Shown in pieces: positions 16,789 through 24,991 of a stretch of 53,444 nt of DNA. The notes below the pieces were generated by a model. The model had not been told where the DNA came from. It saw only the letters and a program-made list of their open reading frames with translations, and did no database searches. Both the position numbers and the translations under genes were made by a program. Origin of the DNA: a virus. Lineage: Duplodnaviria > Caudoviricetes. Each line of letters starts with the position of its first letter. The first letter of the stretch is position 1. The stretch is taken from the IMG/VR virus record IMGVR_UViG_3300007609_000025, positions 1 through 53,444 of that record. One strand, given 5' to 3'.

Positions 16789-19467
16789 ATGAGCGATAAA
16801 AAGTTTTTTATTCATAGCAGTGATTTAGAGATAAAATCTGCTGCTACTAAAGAAAATGATAATATAAAAATTGCGGGGTATGCTAATACGTCGCTAAAAG
16901 ACAGAACAGGAGATGTAGTTTTACCAGAAGCCTGGGCTAAAGGTATTGAAAACTATAGAAAAAATCCTGTATTACTTTACCAACATGATCATGGCAGACC
17001 TATCGGTAAATCAGACATAGTAAGAGTAGACAAAAAAGGTATTTTTGTAGAAGCGTCTATATCAAGCGCAGCAGAAAAGTTACATGGAGTTCACTCTTTA
17101 ATTAAAGACGGAGCTTTAAAAAGCTTTAGTGTCGGCTTTAGAGTAAAAGATGCTGACTATGACCGTAGCTCAGATACTTTCCTAATCAAAGACTTAGAAT
17201 TACTAGAGATCAGTGTTGTCAGTGTTCCTTGCAACCAGGACTCTTTATTTAGCATCAGAAAAAGTTTTGAAGATGACAGCAGTTATGAGGAGTTTAAAAA
17301 ACAATTTATAGCCGAAGAAGAAAATAAAGTAGAGCCAGTTCAAGAAGTAGATAACACTGAAAAGGCTGTAGAAGAAAAAGAAGCTGTAGAAGAAGTAAAA
17401 GACACTTCTGAAGAGCTTTCTGCTGCTAGTGTAGAGACTCCAGAAGACGATCCGCACAAGCCCATCCCTTTTTATAATCTTTTAAGTGCTGAGACGTCTA
17501 GCTTAGCTGCTGGAGACTTTATTCGTATGGAGGGCAAACGCTATAATATTTCAAAAATTGCTACGGCGGAAAGCCCATATTTCATATTTAAAGAAGTTGA
17601 CATTAAGGGAGTTTCTAGCGATAATACTATTAAAGTTTATGCAGAGAACTTATCTGTAGCTAATACTTGGGATATTAGCACTAAGTTTGACTTAGTACTA
17701 GTAAATCACTCTTCTGATAAACAATTAACTACTTCAGAGAGAAATAAAATTAAAGATGAATTTGATGAGTTAGTAAAAGCTTCCGAGTTAGATTTATTTA
17801 ATCTTAAAAATAATGATAAAGTAAAGTCTAATAATAATAATCAAATAACTTTAAATAACTTAATTAATCTAAAAAGTATGGATGAAAGCTCTTGGAGCGA
17901 TACTCACTACATACTAGCAAAAAGATTTGTTAATACAGTTAAAACACTTATCACACTTCCAGAAGAAGATGATAGGAATTTTACATTACAATTAAACGGT
18001 TATAAGACCGAAAATAAGGAGAATAAACAGATGGCAACTCAAGATATTGGTGATCCCATCACTGTTGAGACAAAAAGCACTCAGGTAGATGTAGTTGAGG
18101 AGAAAACAGTTTCTAATCACGTTTCAGAGCCTCGTGTGGCTGAACTAGTCGAAAAAACAGGTGAAAAAATAATTGCTCAATCAGATGAGAAGATTAAGCA
18201 TAATAACGAAGAACATGAGAACTCTAGACTGTCAGAAGAGTTAGCGGAACTAAAAGGCCAGATGAAAGCCTATCGTGACCAAATTCAGTCTTATACCGAA
18301 AGCAAAATGGTATATCAAGAGAATACGCGCAAGCATTCTCAGTTCTCGCAGAAAGATTTATCTAACGCATACTTCCTATCTAAGGCTCTAAGAAAGAACC
18401 CTTTAGATACTAGCTATGGTGTTCGTATGAAAGATGTAGTACAAGGTGGCTCAGTTTCCGCATTTGAGAACGCTTTCTCTACTAACGTTTACGAAGAAAT
18501 GAGACAGCAACTAGTTGTTGCTCCACTATTTAACCGTATTGAAGTAAATGCTAGACAGTTTTCTGTGCCAGTAGCAAGTGAAGATGTAGATGATGATATC
18601 GCACAATTTGAGTCAGGAACTTATACAACAGACACAGACTCTAATGTGCCTACTACTAATCAGCACATAATTAAGAGTGTTGAGCTTACACCACACAAGT
18701 TTATGGTGAAAACGCATATTGCAAAAGATGAGGAAGAAGATACCCTTCTGCCTCTAGTAGACTTCCTTCGTTCCGCTGCTACACGCAGAATGGCGCGTTT
18801 CGCAGATAAAGTGCTACTAAGAGGTACAGGTACTCTAACAGGCTTTGATGCTACTGAATCAATGGTAGCTGGGTCTTCTAACGTATCTATTGGCATTGGA
18901 GGCGTGGCTTCTCCTATTAAAGGTATAGTTAACTTAGCAGGTGCTGTTAACGCTCTAAATGTGTACAGAGGTGAAGGCCTAACGGGTACTGCTGCTAATA
19001 CTGCAAAGGCTAATGCTGCCACAGTAGCAAGCACTCGTGCTGCAATGGGTAAGTATGGTCTAGCTCTTGGCGAGAACCTAGTGCTACTAACAACAGTAGA
19101 AGGCTATAATAACTTTGTTACTGAAGACGACTTCCAGACTGTAGATAAGTTTGGTTCTCAGGCAACATACCTAACAGGCTCACTAGGTGCTATCTATGGA
19201 ATTCCTCTATATATAACTGAGTTCCTAGACTCCGCTTCTGGTACTGCCAGCAATAGAGTTCTAGCTACAATGCTTTATAAGCCAGGATTCTTAATTGGTG
19301 AGCGTCGTGCTATGGAAGTAGAAAGCGAATATCTTCCAGAGCGTCAAGTAACAGCTATGTATATGTCTACTAGATTCGACATGAAAGCTCTTACAACTGA
19401 AAGCAGTGCAGCACTAAGCTCAAGTTACGCATATGCTGCTAACATTCTAAGCGGTGCTTCAGCTTAA
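16789..19467 (+). CDS. Fused prohead protease - unknown domain - major capsid protein
   Basis: N-terminal HK97-type protease (PVLLYQHD, LKSFSVGF, ELLEISVVSVPCN); C-terminal HK97-fold T5-like capsid protein; no stop codon between them. Confidence 0.9.
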   Translation: MSDKKFFIHSSDLEIKSAATKENDNIKIAGYANTSLKDRTGDVVLPEAWAKGIENYRKNPVLLYQHDHGRPIGKSDIVRVDKKGIFVEASISSAAEKLHGVHSLIKDGALKSFSVGFRVKDADYDRSSDTFLIKDLELLEISVVSVPCNQDSLFSIRKSFEDDSSYEEFKKQFIAEEENKVEPVQEVDNTEKAVEEKEAVEEVKDTSEELSAASVETPEDDPHKPIPFYNLLSAETSSLAAGDFIRMEGKRYNISKIATAESPYFIFKEVDIKGVSSDNTIKVYAENLSVANTWDISTKFDLVLVNHSSDKQLTTSERNKIKDEFDELVKASELDLFNLKNNDKVKSNNNNQITLNNLINLKSMDESSWSDTHYILAKRFVNTVKTLITLPEEDDRNFTLQLNGYKTENKENKQMATQDIGDPITVETKSTQVDVVEEKTVSNHVSEPRVAELVEKTGEKIIAQSDEKIKHNNEEHENSRLSEELAELKGQMKAYRDQIQSYTESKMVYQENTRKHSQFSQKDLSNAYFLSKALRKNPLDTSYGVRMKDVVQGGSVSAFENAFSTNVYEEMRQQLVVAPLFNRIEVNARQFSVPVASEDVDDDIAQFESGTYTTDTDSNVPTTNQHIIKSVELTPHKFMVKTHIAKDEEEDTLLPLVDFLRSAATRRMARFADKVLLRGTGTLTGFDATESMVAGSSNVSIGIGGVASPIKGIVNLAGAVNALNVYRGEGLTGTAANTAKANAATVASTRAAMGKYGLALGENLVLLTTVEGYNNFVTEDDFQTVDKFGSQATYLTGSLGAIYGIPLYITEFLDSASGTASNRVLATMLYKPGFLIGERRAMEVESEYLPERQVTAMYMSTRFDMKALTTESSAALSSSYAYAANILSGASA
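17597..17625 (+). promoter_or_regulatory. Internal sigma70-type promoter upstream of the capsid start
   Basis: TTGACA-N17-GATAAT inside the fused ORF. Confidence 0.6.
18031..19467 (+). CDS. Major capsid protein from an internal in-frame start (478 aa)
   Basis: TAAGGAG at 18015-18021 precedes ATG 18031 (codon 415); coiled-coil delta-like segment, then FSTNVYEEMRQQLVVAPLF...GAIYGIP...MSTRFD. Confidence 0.75.
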   Translation: MATQDIGDPITVETKSTQVDVVEEKTVSNHVSEPRVAELVEKTGEKIIAQSDEKIKHNNEEHENSRLSEELAELKGQMKAYRDQIQSYTESKMVYQENTRKHSQFSQKDLSNAYFLSKALRKNPLDTSYGVRMKDVVQGGSVSAFENAFSTNVYEEMRQQLVVAPLFNRIEVNARQFSVPVASEDVDDDIAQFESGTYTTDTDSNVPTTNQHIIKSVELTPHKFMVKTHIAKDEEEDTLLPLVDFLRSAATRRMARFADKVLLRGTGTLTGFDATESMVAGSSNVSIGIGGVASPIKGIVNLAGAVNALNVYRGEGLTGTAANTAKANAATVASTRAAMGKYGLALGENLVLLTTVEGYNNFVTEDDFQTVDKFGSQATYLTGSLGAIYGIPLYITEFLDSASGTASNRVLATMLYKPGFLIGERRAMEVESEYLPERQVTAMYMSTRFDMKALTTESSAALSSSYAYAANILSGASA

Positions 19468-19490
19468 TATCGCTTTTTAGTGATAGAACT

Positions 19491-19525
19491 AGGGGATGTG
19501 GGCATACAGCCCCCATCCCTTTTTT
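19491..19525 (+). terminator. Intrinsic terminator after the capsid gene
   Basis: GGGATGTGGGC-ATACA-GCCCCCATCCC followed by a T-run. Confidence 0.85.
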
Positions 19526-19543
19526 AGTATTTGGAGAGATCGA

Positions 19544-20806
19544 TTGTCTACAATAGTAACGCTTAATGATATAAAAAACTATTTAAAAATTAAATTAGAT
19601 AATGATGCAGAAGATGATAGGCTTAAGTCTATAAGTCTATATGTGTCTTCATTTATTGAGTCTTACTGCGGTAGGAAGCTTTTAGCCAACACGTACACTG
19701 AATATTTTGATGGCGGAGTAGCCTCTGTCTTTATAGATAATCCTCCGATAATTGCAGTACATGAAGTATCTCATTTTTTAGGTGATAAATACTCAGCGTT
19801 AGGAGGGCCAGGAGCAAAAGGGCAACAGATAGAAACAGAAGGCTCTAGTCATAGAATACTAGCTGTAGGGTCTGCTAAAACTACATCTCGCGTTAAAAAA
19901 TTTGGAGTATCCTCGTTACAGTTAGATGGTCAGTCTTCTTATTTAGTAGTACCTTACTCAGATGATTTTGACTTTGGCGGGGAGCCTTTTACTATAGAAA
20001 CCTACGTAAGACCTAAAAGTTTATCTAACTCTAGTATAATATCCAAAACTCAAGATAGTGAGAACTACTGGGACTTAGGCTATTCTGAGGCTTCTGGCTT
20101 ATATTTTGAGGCTAAAAGCGCTAATACTACTACTATAGCAGTCGAAGCAGGTAGCTTATCTGCAAATACTTTTAGCCATGTGGCTTTAGTTAGGGATGAT
20201 GACACTTATTCGTTATATATTAACGGTACTTTGTCGGGCAATGCGTATACTACTAGTAACGTAGTACCATCTCTAGGAGTAGATATGTTTATAGGATCAG
20301 GCCCTAATGGGGATTTAAATGGTTATATAGACGAGACGCGTATCTCTTGGATAGATAGATATACTAGTAACTTTACTGTATCTGATATACCTTTATCCTC
20401 TGATGAAGACACTAAGCTGCTTCTACATTTTAATGAGGGACGTAATAAAACAGATATAGTAGACTTTTCTAGGAGAGTTAATGAATTTATATGGTATGCT
20501 GACTCAGGTGAAGTAACTTTTGATACTTCAAAAGGTAGCGGTCGCCCCGAGCTAGGATTTTTCAATCCTAGAGTATTTCAAAACTATACTGGAGGAGTTC
20601 GTGTTACATATACCGGAGGTTACTCCTCAATGCCTAATGATTTAAAAATGGCAGCACTAGATATGATTAAGATAATCTATAAAGGTAAAGAAGGCGTTAA
20701 AAGTATGAGACTTCAAGGTGACGATTCTATATCTCATGATTTATCGTCTGACGGCTTGCCTCCTCAAGTGCGAAGAACTCTAAACTTATATAGACTCCCA
20801 GTATGA
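19544..20806 (+). CDS. Head completion/head-tail adaptor (T5 p144-like) with inserted LamG domain
   Basis: VTLNDIKNYLKI...FIESYCGR...YTEYFDG and VRVTYTGGY...PNDLKMAALD...LNLYR flank a LamG domain; TTG 19544 follows GGAGAG, downstream of the terminator. Confidence 0.75.
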   Translation: MSTIVTLNDIKNYLKIKLDNDAEDDRLKSISLYVSSFIESYCGRKLLANTYTEYFDGGVASVFIDNPPIIAVHEVSHFLGDKYSALGGPGAKGQQIETEGSSHRILAVGSAKTTSRVKKFGVSSLQLDGQSSYLVVPYSDDFDFGGEPFTIETYVRPKSLSNSSIISKTQDSENYWDLGYSEASGLYFEAKSANTTTIAVEAGSLSANTFSHVALVRDDDTYSLYINGTLSGNAYTTSNVVPSLGVDMFIGSGPNGDLNGYIDETRISWIDRYTSNFTVSDIPLSSDEDTKLLLHFNEGRNKTDIVDFSRRVNEFIWYADSGEVTFDTSKGSGRPELGFFNPRVFQNYTGGVRVTYTGGYSSMPNDLKMAALDMIKIIYKGKEGVKSMRLQGDDSISHDLSSDGLPPQVRRTLNLYRLPV

Positions 20807-22245
20807 TAACTATAGTAACACTAATAGATAATAAAACATACACAAAAGCTTTAGCGCAAGCTCGTACCTCAAGCGCTACTAAAAGTGAAGCTCTAGGTAA
20901 GGTGGGAGAAGCTGTAACTCAAGGGATATTCTCTACAAAAACAACAGCTACTACCGCTAGTGGTAAAGCTGATATTGTAGGTGTAAAAGCTGACAAAGTA
21001 ATTAGTGCTATAGAAAGATCGTATGGGGTTGATAACCCAGTAACAGCTTCTTTAGTAGCTCAAGTAAAAACAAATATGGGAGTAGACTCTATAGATATTG
21101 AATCTAAGGCTACAGAAAAGTCTTTAGGATCACAGACTATAAAAGCTACCCAGGCTACTGCTAACGTGGCAAAAAAAGATATAGATTATATAAAACGTAG
21201 TAAAGCTTTGGTAAGTGAACTTGTCAGGCTTTCTTTACAAAACGGCAATAGAAAGTCTAAGAAAATAGTTGATCTCTTTGATAAATTAATAGAAGACTTA
21301 CAAAATAATAGTGATGCAGTCCCTTTATCAGACTTCAGAGAGCAAATATATAGCGTAATAGGGGGCTCCCAAGGAAAAGCCCTTTTAGATGAAGCATTTA
21401 ACAAAGTAATGAAGAATCCTACACAGTTTAGAAAATTTATGAGAGGCCCTTTTGGCGCTATAATAAAAGATAAAGTTTCTAATTTAACAGTACAAGTAAA
21501 CGCTGAAGTAGATAATAAAAGCCTTATATTTTTTACTACTTTTTTAGGGTTAAAGTATAAAGATTCAGATATTATAGCCACAAAAGATAAACAAGGTACT
21601 TATAGGTTTTCTCTTAGCTCTTCGTTTGAGAAAAAATTATTAGCACAAACTAGAAGCGCACTATTAAAAAACTCTTTAGGAGTAATAACTGCGGATACAA
21701 ATGATGCTTTATCTTTTAATCTAACTAAAGGCAATACCTTAGGTGCTCTACTAGGAACAGAAAAGACCTTAAGAACCTTAGTAAAAAATTTATCGTTTAC
21801 CTCTTTAAATATAAAGGTGCCTACTGGCGGGTCTATACCTTTAGACATAAAAATTGATGCTAGTAAAATGTTTGTAGATGTGACTGACAGAATACCTAGA
21901 ATACTGACAGCTAACTTAGCGTCATTAGGTAATGTACAAAAGGGCAGATTTATCTCTAGAGAAAGAATGACTTCTTTATTGCAAATTTTAGTACTCGATA
22001 AAATGAAAAAACAAGGGCTAGCTGAGCCTCCTATATTAACTAATAGAACAGGCAGATTTGTAGATAGTCTACAGGTAGCACAAATAAACTATAAAAGTAA
22101 AATAGTATCCTATTATGCTAATCCTTTATACTTTTCAAACGAGCAATATGGGTATGAAGTATCTGAATTAGTAGAGGGGAGTATTCAAGATATTACTAGT
22201 AGTTTATATTCTCGTAGATTCGGATTGGTACGCGGTCAACTTTAA
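20803..22245 (+). CDS. Tail completion protein (T5 p143-like C-terminus), enlarged
   Basis: Syntenic position; basic composition; C-terminal LTNRTGRFVDSLQV motif. Confidence 0.55.
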   Translation: MITIVTLIDNKTYTKALAQARTSSATKSEALGKVGEAVTQGIFSTKTTATTASGKADIVGVKADKVISAIERSYGVDNPVTASLVAQVKTNMGVDSIDIESKATEKSLGSQTIKATQATANVAKKDIDYIKRSKALVSELVRLSLQNGNRKSKKIVDLFDKLIEDLQNNSDAVPLSDFREQIYSVIGGSQGKALLDEAFNKVMKNPTQFRKFMRGPFGAIIKDKVSNLTVQVNAEVDNKSLIFFTTFLGLKYKDSDIIATKDKQGTYRFSLSSSFEKKLLAQTRSALLKNSLGVITADTNDALSFNLTKGNTLGALLGTEKTLRTLVKNLSFTSLNIKVPTGGSIPLDIKIDASKMFVDVTDRIPRILTANLASLGNVQKGRFISRERMTSLLQILVLDKMKKQGLAEPPILTNRTGRFVDSLQVAQINYKSKIVSYYANPLYFSNEQYGYEVSELVEGSIQDITSSLYSRRFGLVRGQL

Positions 22246-22255
22246 AAAATTATAA

Positions 22256-22284
22256 TTGCCGTAGTTAATATGCTGTGCTATACT
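22256..22284 (+). promoter_or_regulatory. Sigma70-type promoter with extended -10
   Basis: TTGCCG-N17-TATACT with TG preceding the -10. Confidence 0.65.
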
Positions 22285-22304
22285 CTACTAAAGTAAGGTT
22301 AAAA

Positions 22305-22760
22305 ATGTCTCAAAGACGAAAAATTGTAAATTACATTATTGATAATTTAAAGCTGATAGACGGTTCAATATCTTCTCTAAACAGCACTTATAGATTTAAA
22401 ACTGACCTACATACTAATGTTTATAGAGGGTTTAAAGGCATTGATGAGATAAATGACTTCCCTTCTATATATGTAGTAGCAGGAAACGAAACTAGAAATT
22501 ACAATACAAAAAATATAACTTTATCAAACCTACCTATTATTATTCGTGTGTATACGTACTTTGAAGAAGAAGAGCTAGTAAATACTTATAATGGTAACAT
22601 AATTCAAGATATTGAACATGTTATATATAATCTTCCTAGTAACTTTGACTTAGAAATTCAAGACATACAAATACAAACTATAAATTCAGATGAAGGACTA
22701 TTAGCACCTTATGGCATTGTAGAAGTACAACTGCAGGCAAGCTATGAAGTCCGATTATAA
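22305..22760 (+). CDS. Tail terminator protein (T5 p142-like)
   Basis: NVYRGFK.IDEINDFPSIYV..G.ETR.Y; DIEHVI; SDEGLLAPYG; ATG 22305 follows TAAGG. Confidence 0.78.
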   Translation: MSQRRKIVNYIIDNLKLIDGSISSLNSTYRFKTDLHTNVYRGFKGIDEINDFPSIYVVAGNETRNYNTKNITLSNLPIIIRVYTYFEEEELVNTYNGNIIQDIEHVIYNLPSNFDLEIQDIQIQTINSDEGLLAPYGIVEVQLQASYEVRL

Positions 22761-22771
22761 GGAGACAATAA

Positions 22772-24061
22772 ATGGCTAATTGCGGTCCTAATACCCAGGT
22801 AAATCTTCAAAGAAATACAGAAGTTTTCTGGTCCACTATCGATCTAAATGGAGGGGGCGATGGTGCCTCAATGACTCCACAAAATACTTGGAGAGTTGAA
22901 GTACTAGCAGGGTATGCGTTTACTCAAAGTGCTACTAACCAAGATATTACTACTCTAGAATCTGGTAATACGCCAGATAGATCTACTCAAAGATTTAATA
23001 CTGCTGTTAACCCTGTAGAATGGAACTTCAGCACCTATATAAGACCTACAGGTATGATAACTACTGATGGCGCTGACTCAGCTACTGGTAACTCAAAACC
23101 TGTAGCTGACTGGTTCTTATGGCAGTCTATGATGTCTAACGCCCGTGTAGCTGCTAACGGAGCAGAAAATAGTGCCTGGGAAAACAACGGCATATTCAAT
23201 CTGAAGCATCGTGGCTTCTCTGATAACGCAGATATCGGTGCAGCCTCTAATGCTAACGTTTCCGCTCACTCATCTAACTTCCCACAAATGGAAGAGTATA
23301 GCTTATACTTCAAAGTAGATAACGTTGTATACCAAGTTGGTAAAGCAGCTATTAACGAAGCCTCTGTAGATGCGGCTATTGATTCTATAGCCCTAACAGC
23401 CTGGAGCGGTTTTGGTACTCAGTTATTTGAACTAACAGATACAGCTAGAGATGCAGCTATCTCTGTATTCGGCGGTACTGATAATAGTGGCTCAAGTGTG
23501 GCGGCTAATACTACTATTGATGTAGCAGGTAACGCTGATCATCACTATCATGCCTATGGTACAGCTAACGTAGCTGGATCAAGTGCTACTTCAGCGTTTA
23601 TAAAGAACCGTCTAAGTTCTATTGATGTTATATCAGCAGCTAGTGGAGCAGAAAAGTCTTATACTTTCCCAGTTACTGGTCTATCTTGGACTTATAATAA
23701 CAACGCTACCTATTTGACTCCTGAAGAGCTAGCTTCCCTAAACTCACCTATTGGTCAGTTTACCGGTTCTAGAACTATTACTGGAAACTTCACTGCTTAT
23801 CTACGTGCAGGAGCTAACCAGTCTGCTGAGTTTATGAGAGATATTGTTACTAATACTGCGACTCAGACTACAGGAGCAAGCGCTAACCTACAAATCGGAG
23901 GTACTACTACTCCATACTTAGCATACAGTATGCCAAGAGTGCAGTTTGACTTCCCATCACACTCTATCGATGATGTTGTAGGCATAACAGTGGACTTCTT
24001 AGCACAAGAGCTAGAAGAAACATGCGGAGATGAAGTAACTATCTTTGTAAGCGATATTTAA
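22772..24061 (+). CDS. Major tail (tube) protein, T5 pb6-like
   Basis: LQRNTEVFWST...DITTLESG..P.RS.QRFN...NPVEWNFSTYIRP; strong TAAGGAG RBS. Confidence 0.85.
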   Translation: MANCGPNTQVNLQRNTEVFWSTIDLNGGGDGASMTPQNTWRVEVLAGYAFTQSATNQDITTLESGNTPDRSTQRFNTAVNPVEWNFSTYIRPTGMITTDGADSATGNSKPVADWFLWQSMMSNARVAANGAENSAWENNGIFNLKHRGFSDNADIGAASNANVSAHSSNFPQMEEYSLYFKVDNVVYQVGKAAINEASVDAAIDSIALTAWSGFGTQLFELTDTARDAAISVFGGTDNSGSSVAANTTIDVAGNADHHYHAYGTANVAGSSATSAFIKNRLSSIDVISAASGAEKSYTFPVTGLSWTYNNNATYLTPEELASLNSPIGQFTGSRTITGNFTAYLRAGANQSAEFMRDIVTNTATQTTGASANLQIGGTTTPYLAYSMPRVQFDFPSHSIDDVVGITVDFLAQELEETCGDEVTIFVSDI

Positions 24062-24070
24062 TTTGTGGCA

Positions 24071-24195
24071 GAGGGGGCCATAAATTAAGATTTCAATAGA
24101 AGGCGATTATTTTAACAAGCAGTAGTACCCCCTCACTAGCTGTACGTTAGAGCAAATAATCGCCTTCACTTTATATATAAAAACCAAATGAGGGG
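24071..24195 (+). promoter_or_regulatory. Structured intergenic RNA element with anti-SD loop
   Basis: Perfect 14-bp inverted repeat 24099-24112/24154-24167; loop CCCCCTCA is complementary to GAGGGGG (24071-77) and to the SD TGAGGGG (24189-95). Confidence 0.6.
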
Positions 24196-24203
24196 AATAC
24201 CTA

Positions 24204-24635
24204 ATGAGTTTAATTAAAAACATGATGATAAACGAAAAAGTAGTGGAAGTAGAGTTTCCAGACTCAGACAACTTCTACGTAAGTTTATCATACTTAAGCC
24301 GTGAAAAGCTTTTAAAAATACGCAATCGAGCAATGGTAATCAAGTTTAATAAGCGTAGCCGTCAAAGAGAAGAAGAAATTGATAATGATAAATTTCTTGA
24401 AGAGTACTCTAGAGAAGTTATAAAAGGATGGCGCGGTCTTACCTTACGCGAATTATCTCGTATACTTCCGGTAGAAACGGCAGGACAGGATCTTGAAAAA
24501 GAAATACCTTATTCAGAAGAAGACGCTTTAGAGCTTCTTAGAAATTCTACAATATTTGATCAGTTTGTTACTGACTCTATGAATGACTTTGAAGCTTGGG
24601 AAAATGATCGAGTAGACTCCCAGCAAAAAAACTAA
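24204..24635 (+). CDS. Tail assembly chaperone (gpG-like)
   Basis: Between tail tube and TMP; IKGWRGLT motif; ends at the slippery site. Confidence 0.8.
   Translation: MSLIKNMMINEKVVEVEFPDSDNFYVSLSYLSREKLLKIRNRAMVIKFNKRSRQREEEIDNDKFLEEYSREVIKGWRGLTLRELSRILPVETAGQDLEKEIPYSEEDALELLRNSTIFDQFVTDSMNDFEAWENDRVDSQQKN
24626..24632 (+). other. -1 programmed ribosomal frameshift site A AAA AAC
   Basis: X XXY YYZ heptamer directly before TAA; the -1 frame is open through to 24991. Confidence 0.8.
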
Positions 24636-24991
24636 AAAGGTTCATACAAGAAAAGCTCCAGACTAGGGGTATAACTAAAGAGCATTACTTTCTTATGTGT
24701 GAACAAATGGGTATAGAGCCTGATCCTAATGAGATACCCCTAGATCTTAATGATCTTTCCTACGAAGCCCAACTAGCTATTAAGATATTTAATTCATTAC
24801 CTGATAAAGTAGAAGGAATGAGCGGGTCTTGGTTAGGTAAAGATTATGCAGGATTAGGCATACTATTTGATATTTATGAAGTAGAAAATCGCCAAGAAGT
24901 ATTTGAACTAATGGCGCTTTTAACACATGAAACTGACACTCACTACAGGCAACAACAAAAGCAGAAAAGTAAGTCAAAAGGTAGAAAATGA
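24626..24991 (+). CDS. Tail assembly chaperone frameshift extension (gpT-like)
   Basis: -1 frame reads KKLKRFIQEKLQTRGITKEHYFL into MCEQMGIEPDPNEIP...; no SD before ATG 24695. Confidence 0.75.
   Translation, partial: KKLKRFIQEKLQTRGITKEHYFLMCEQMGIEPDPNEIPLDLNDLSYEAQLAIKIFNSLPDKVEGMSGSWLGKDYAGLGILFDIYEVENRQEVFELMALLTHETDTHYRQQQKQKSKSKGRK

Noticed and set aside
19496-19543. ORF-track start of the head completion gene
   Set aside because: It lies within the terminator hairpin; TTG 19544 has an SD. Starts at 183, 10107, 15492, 22275 and 42044 were moved for similar reasons.
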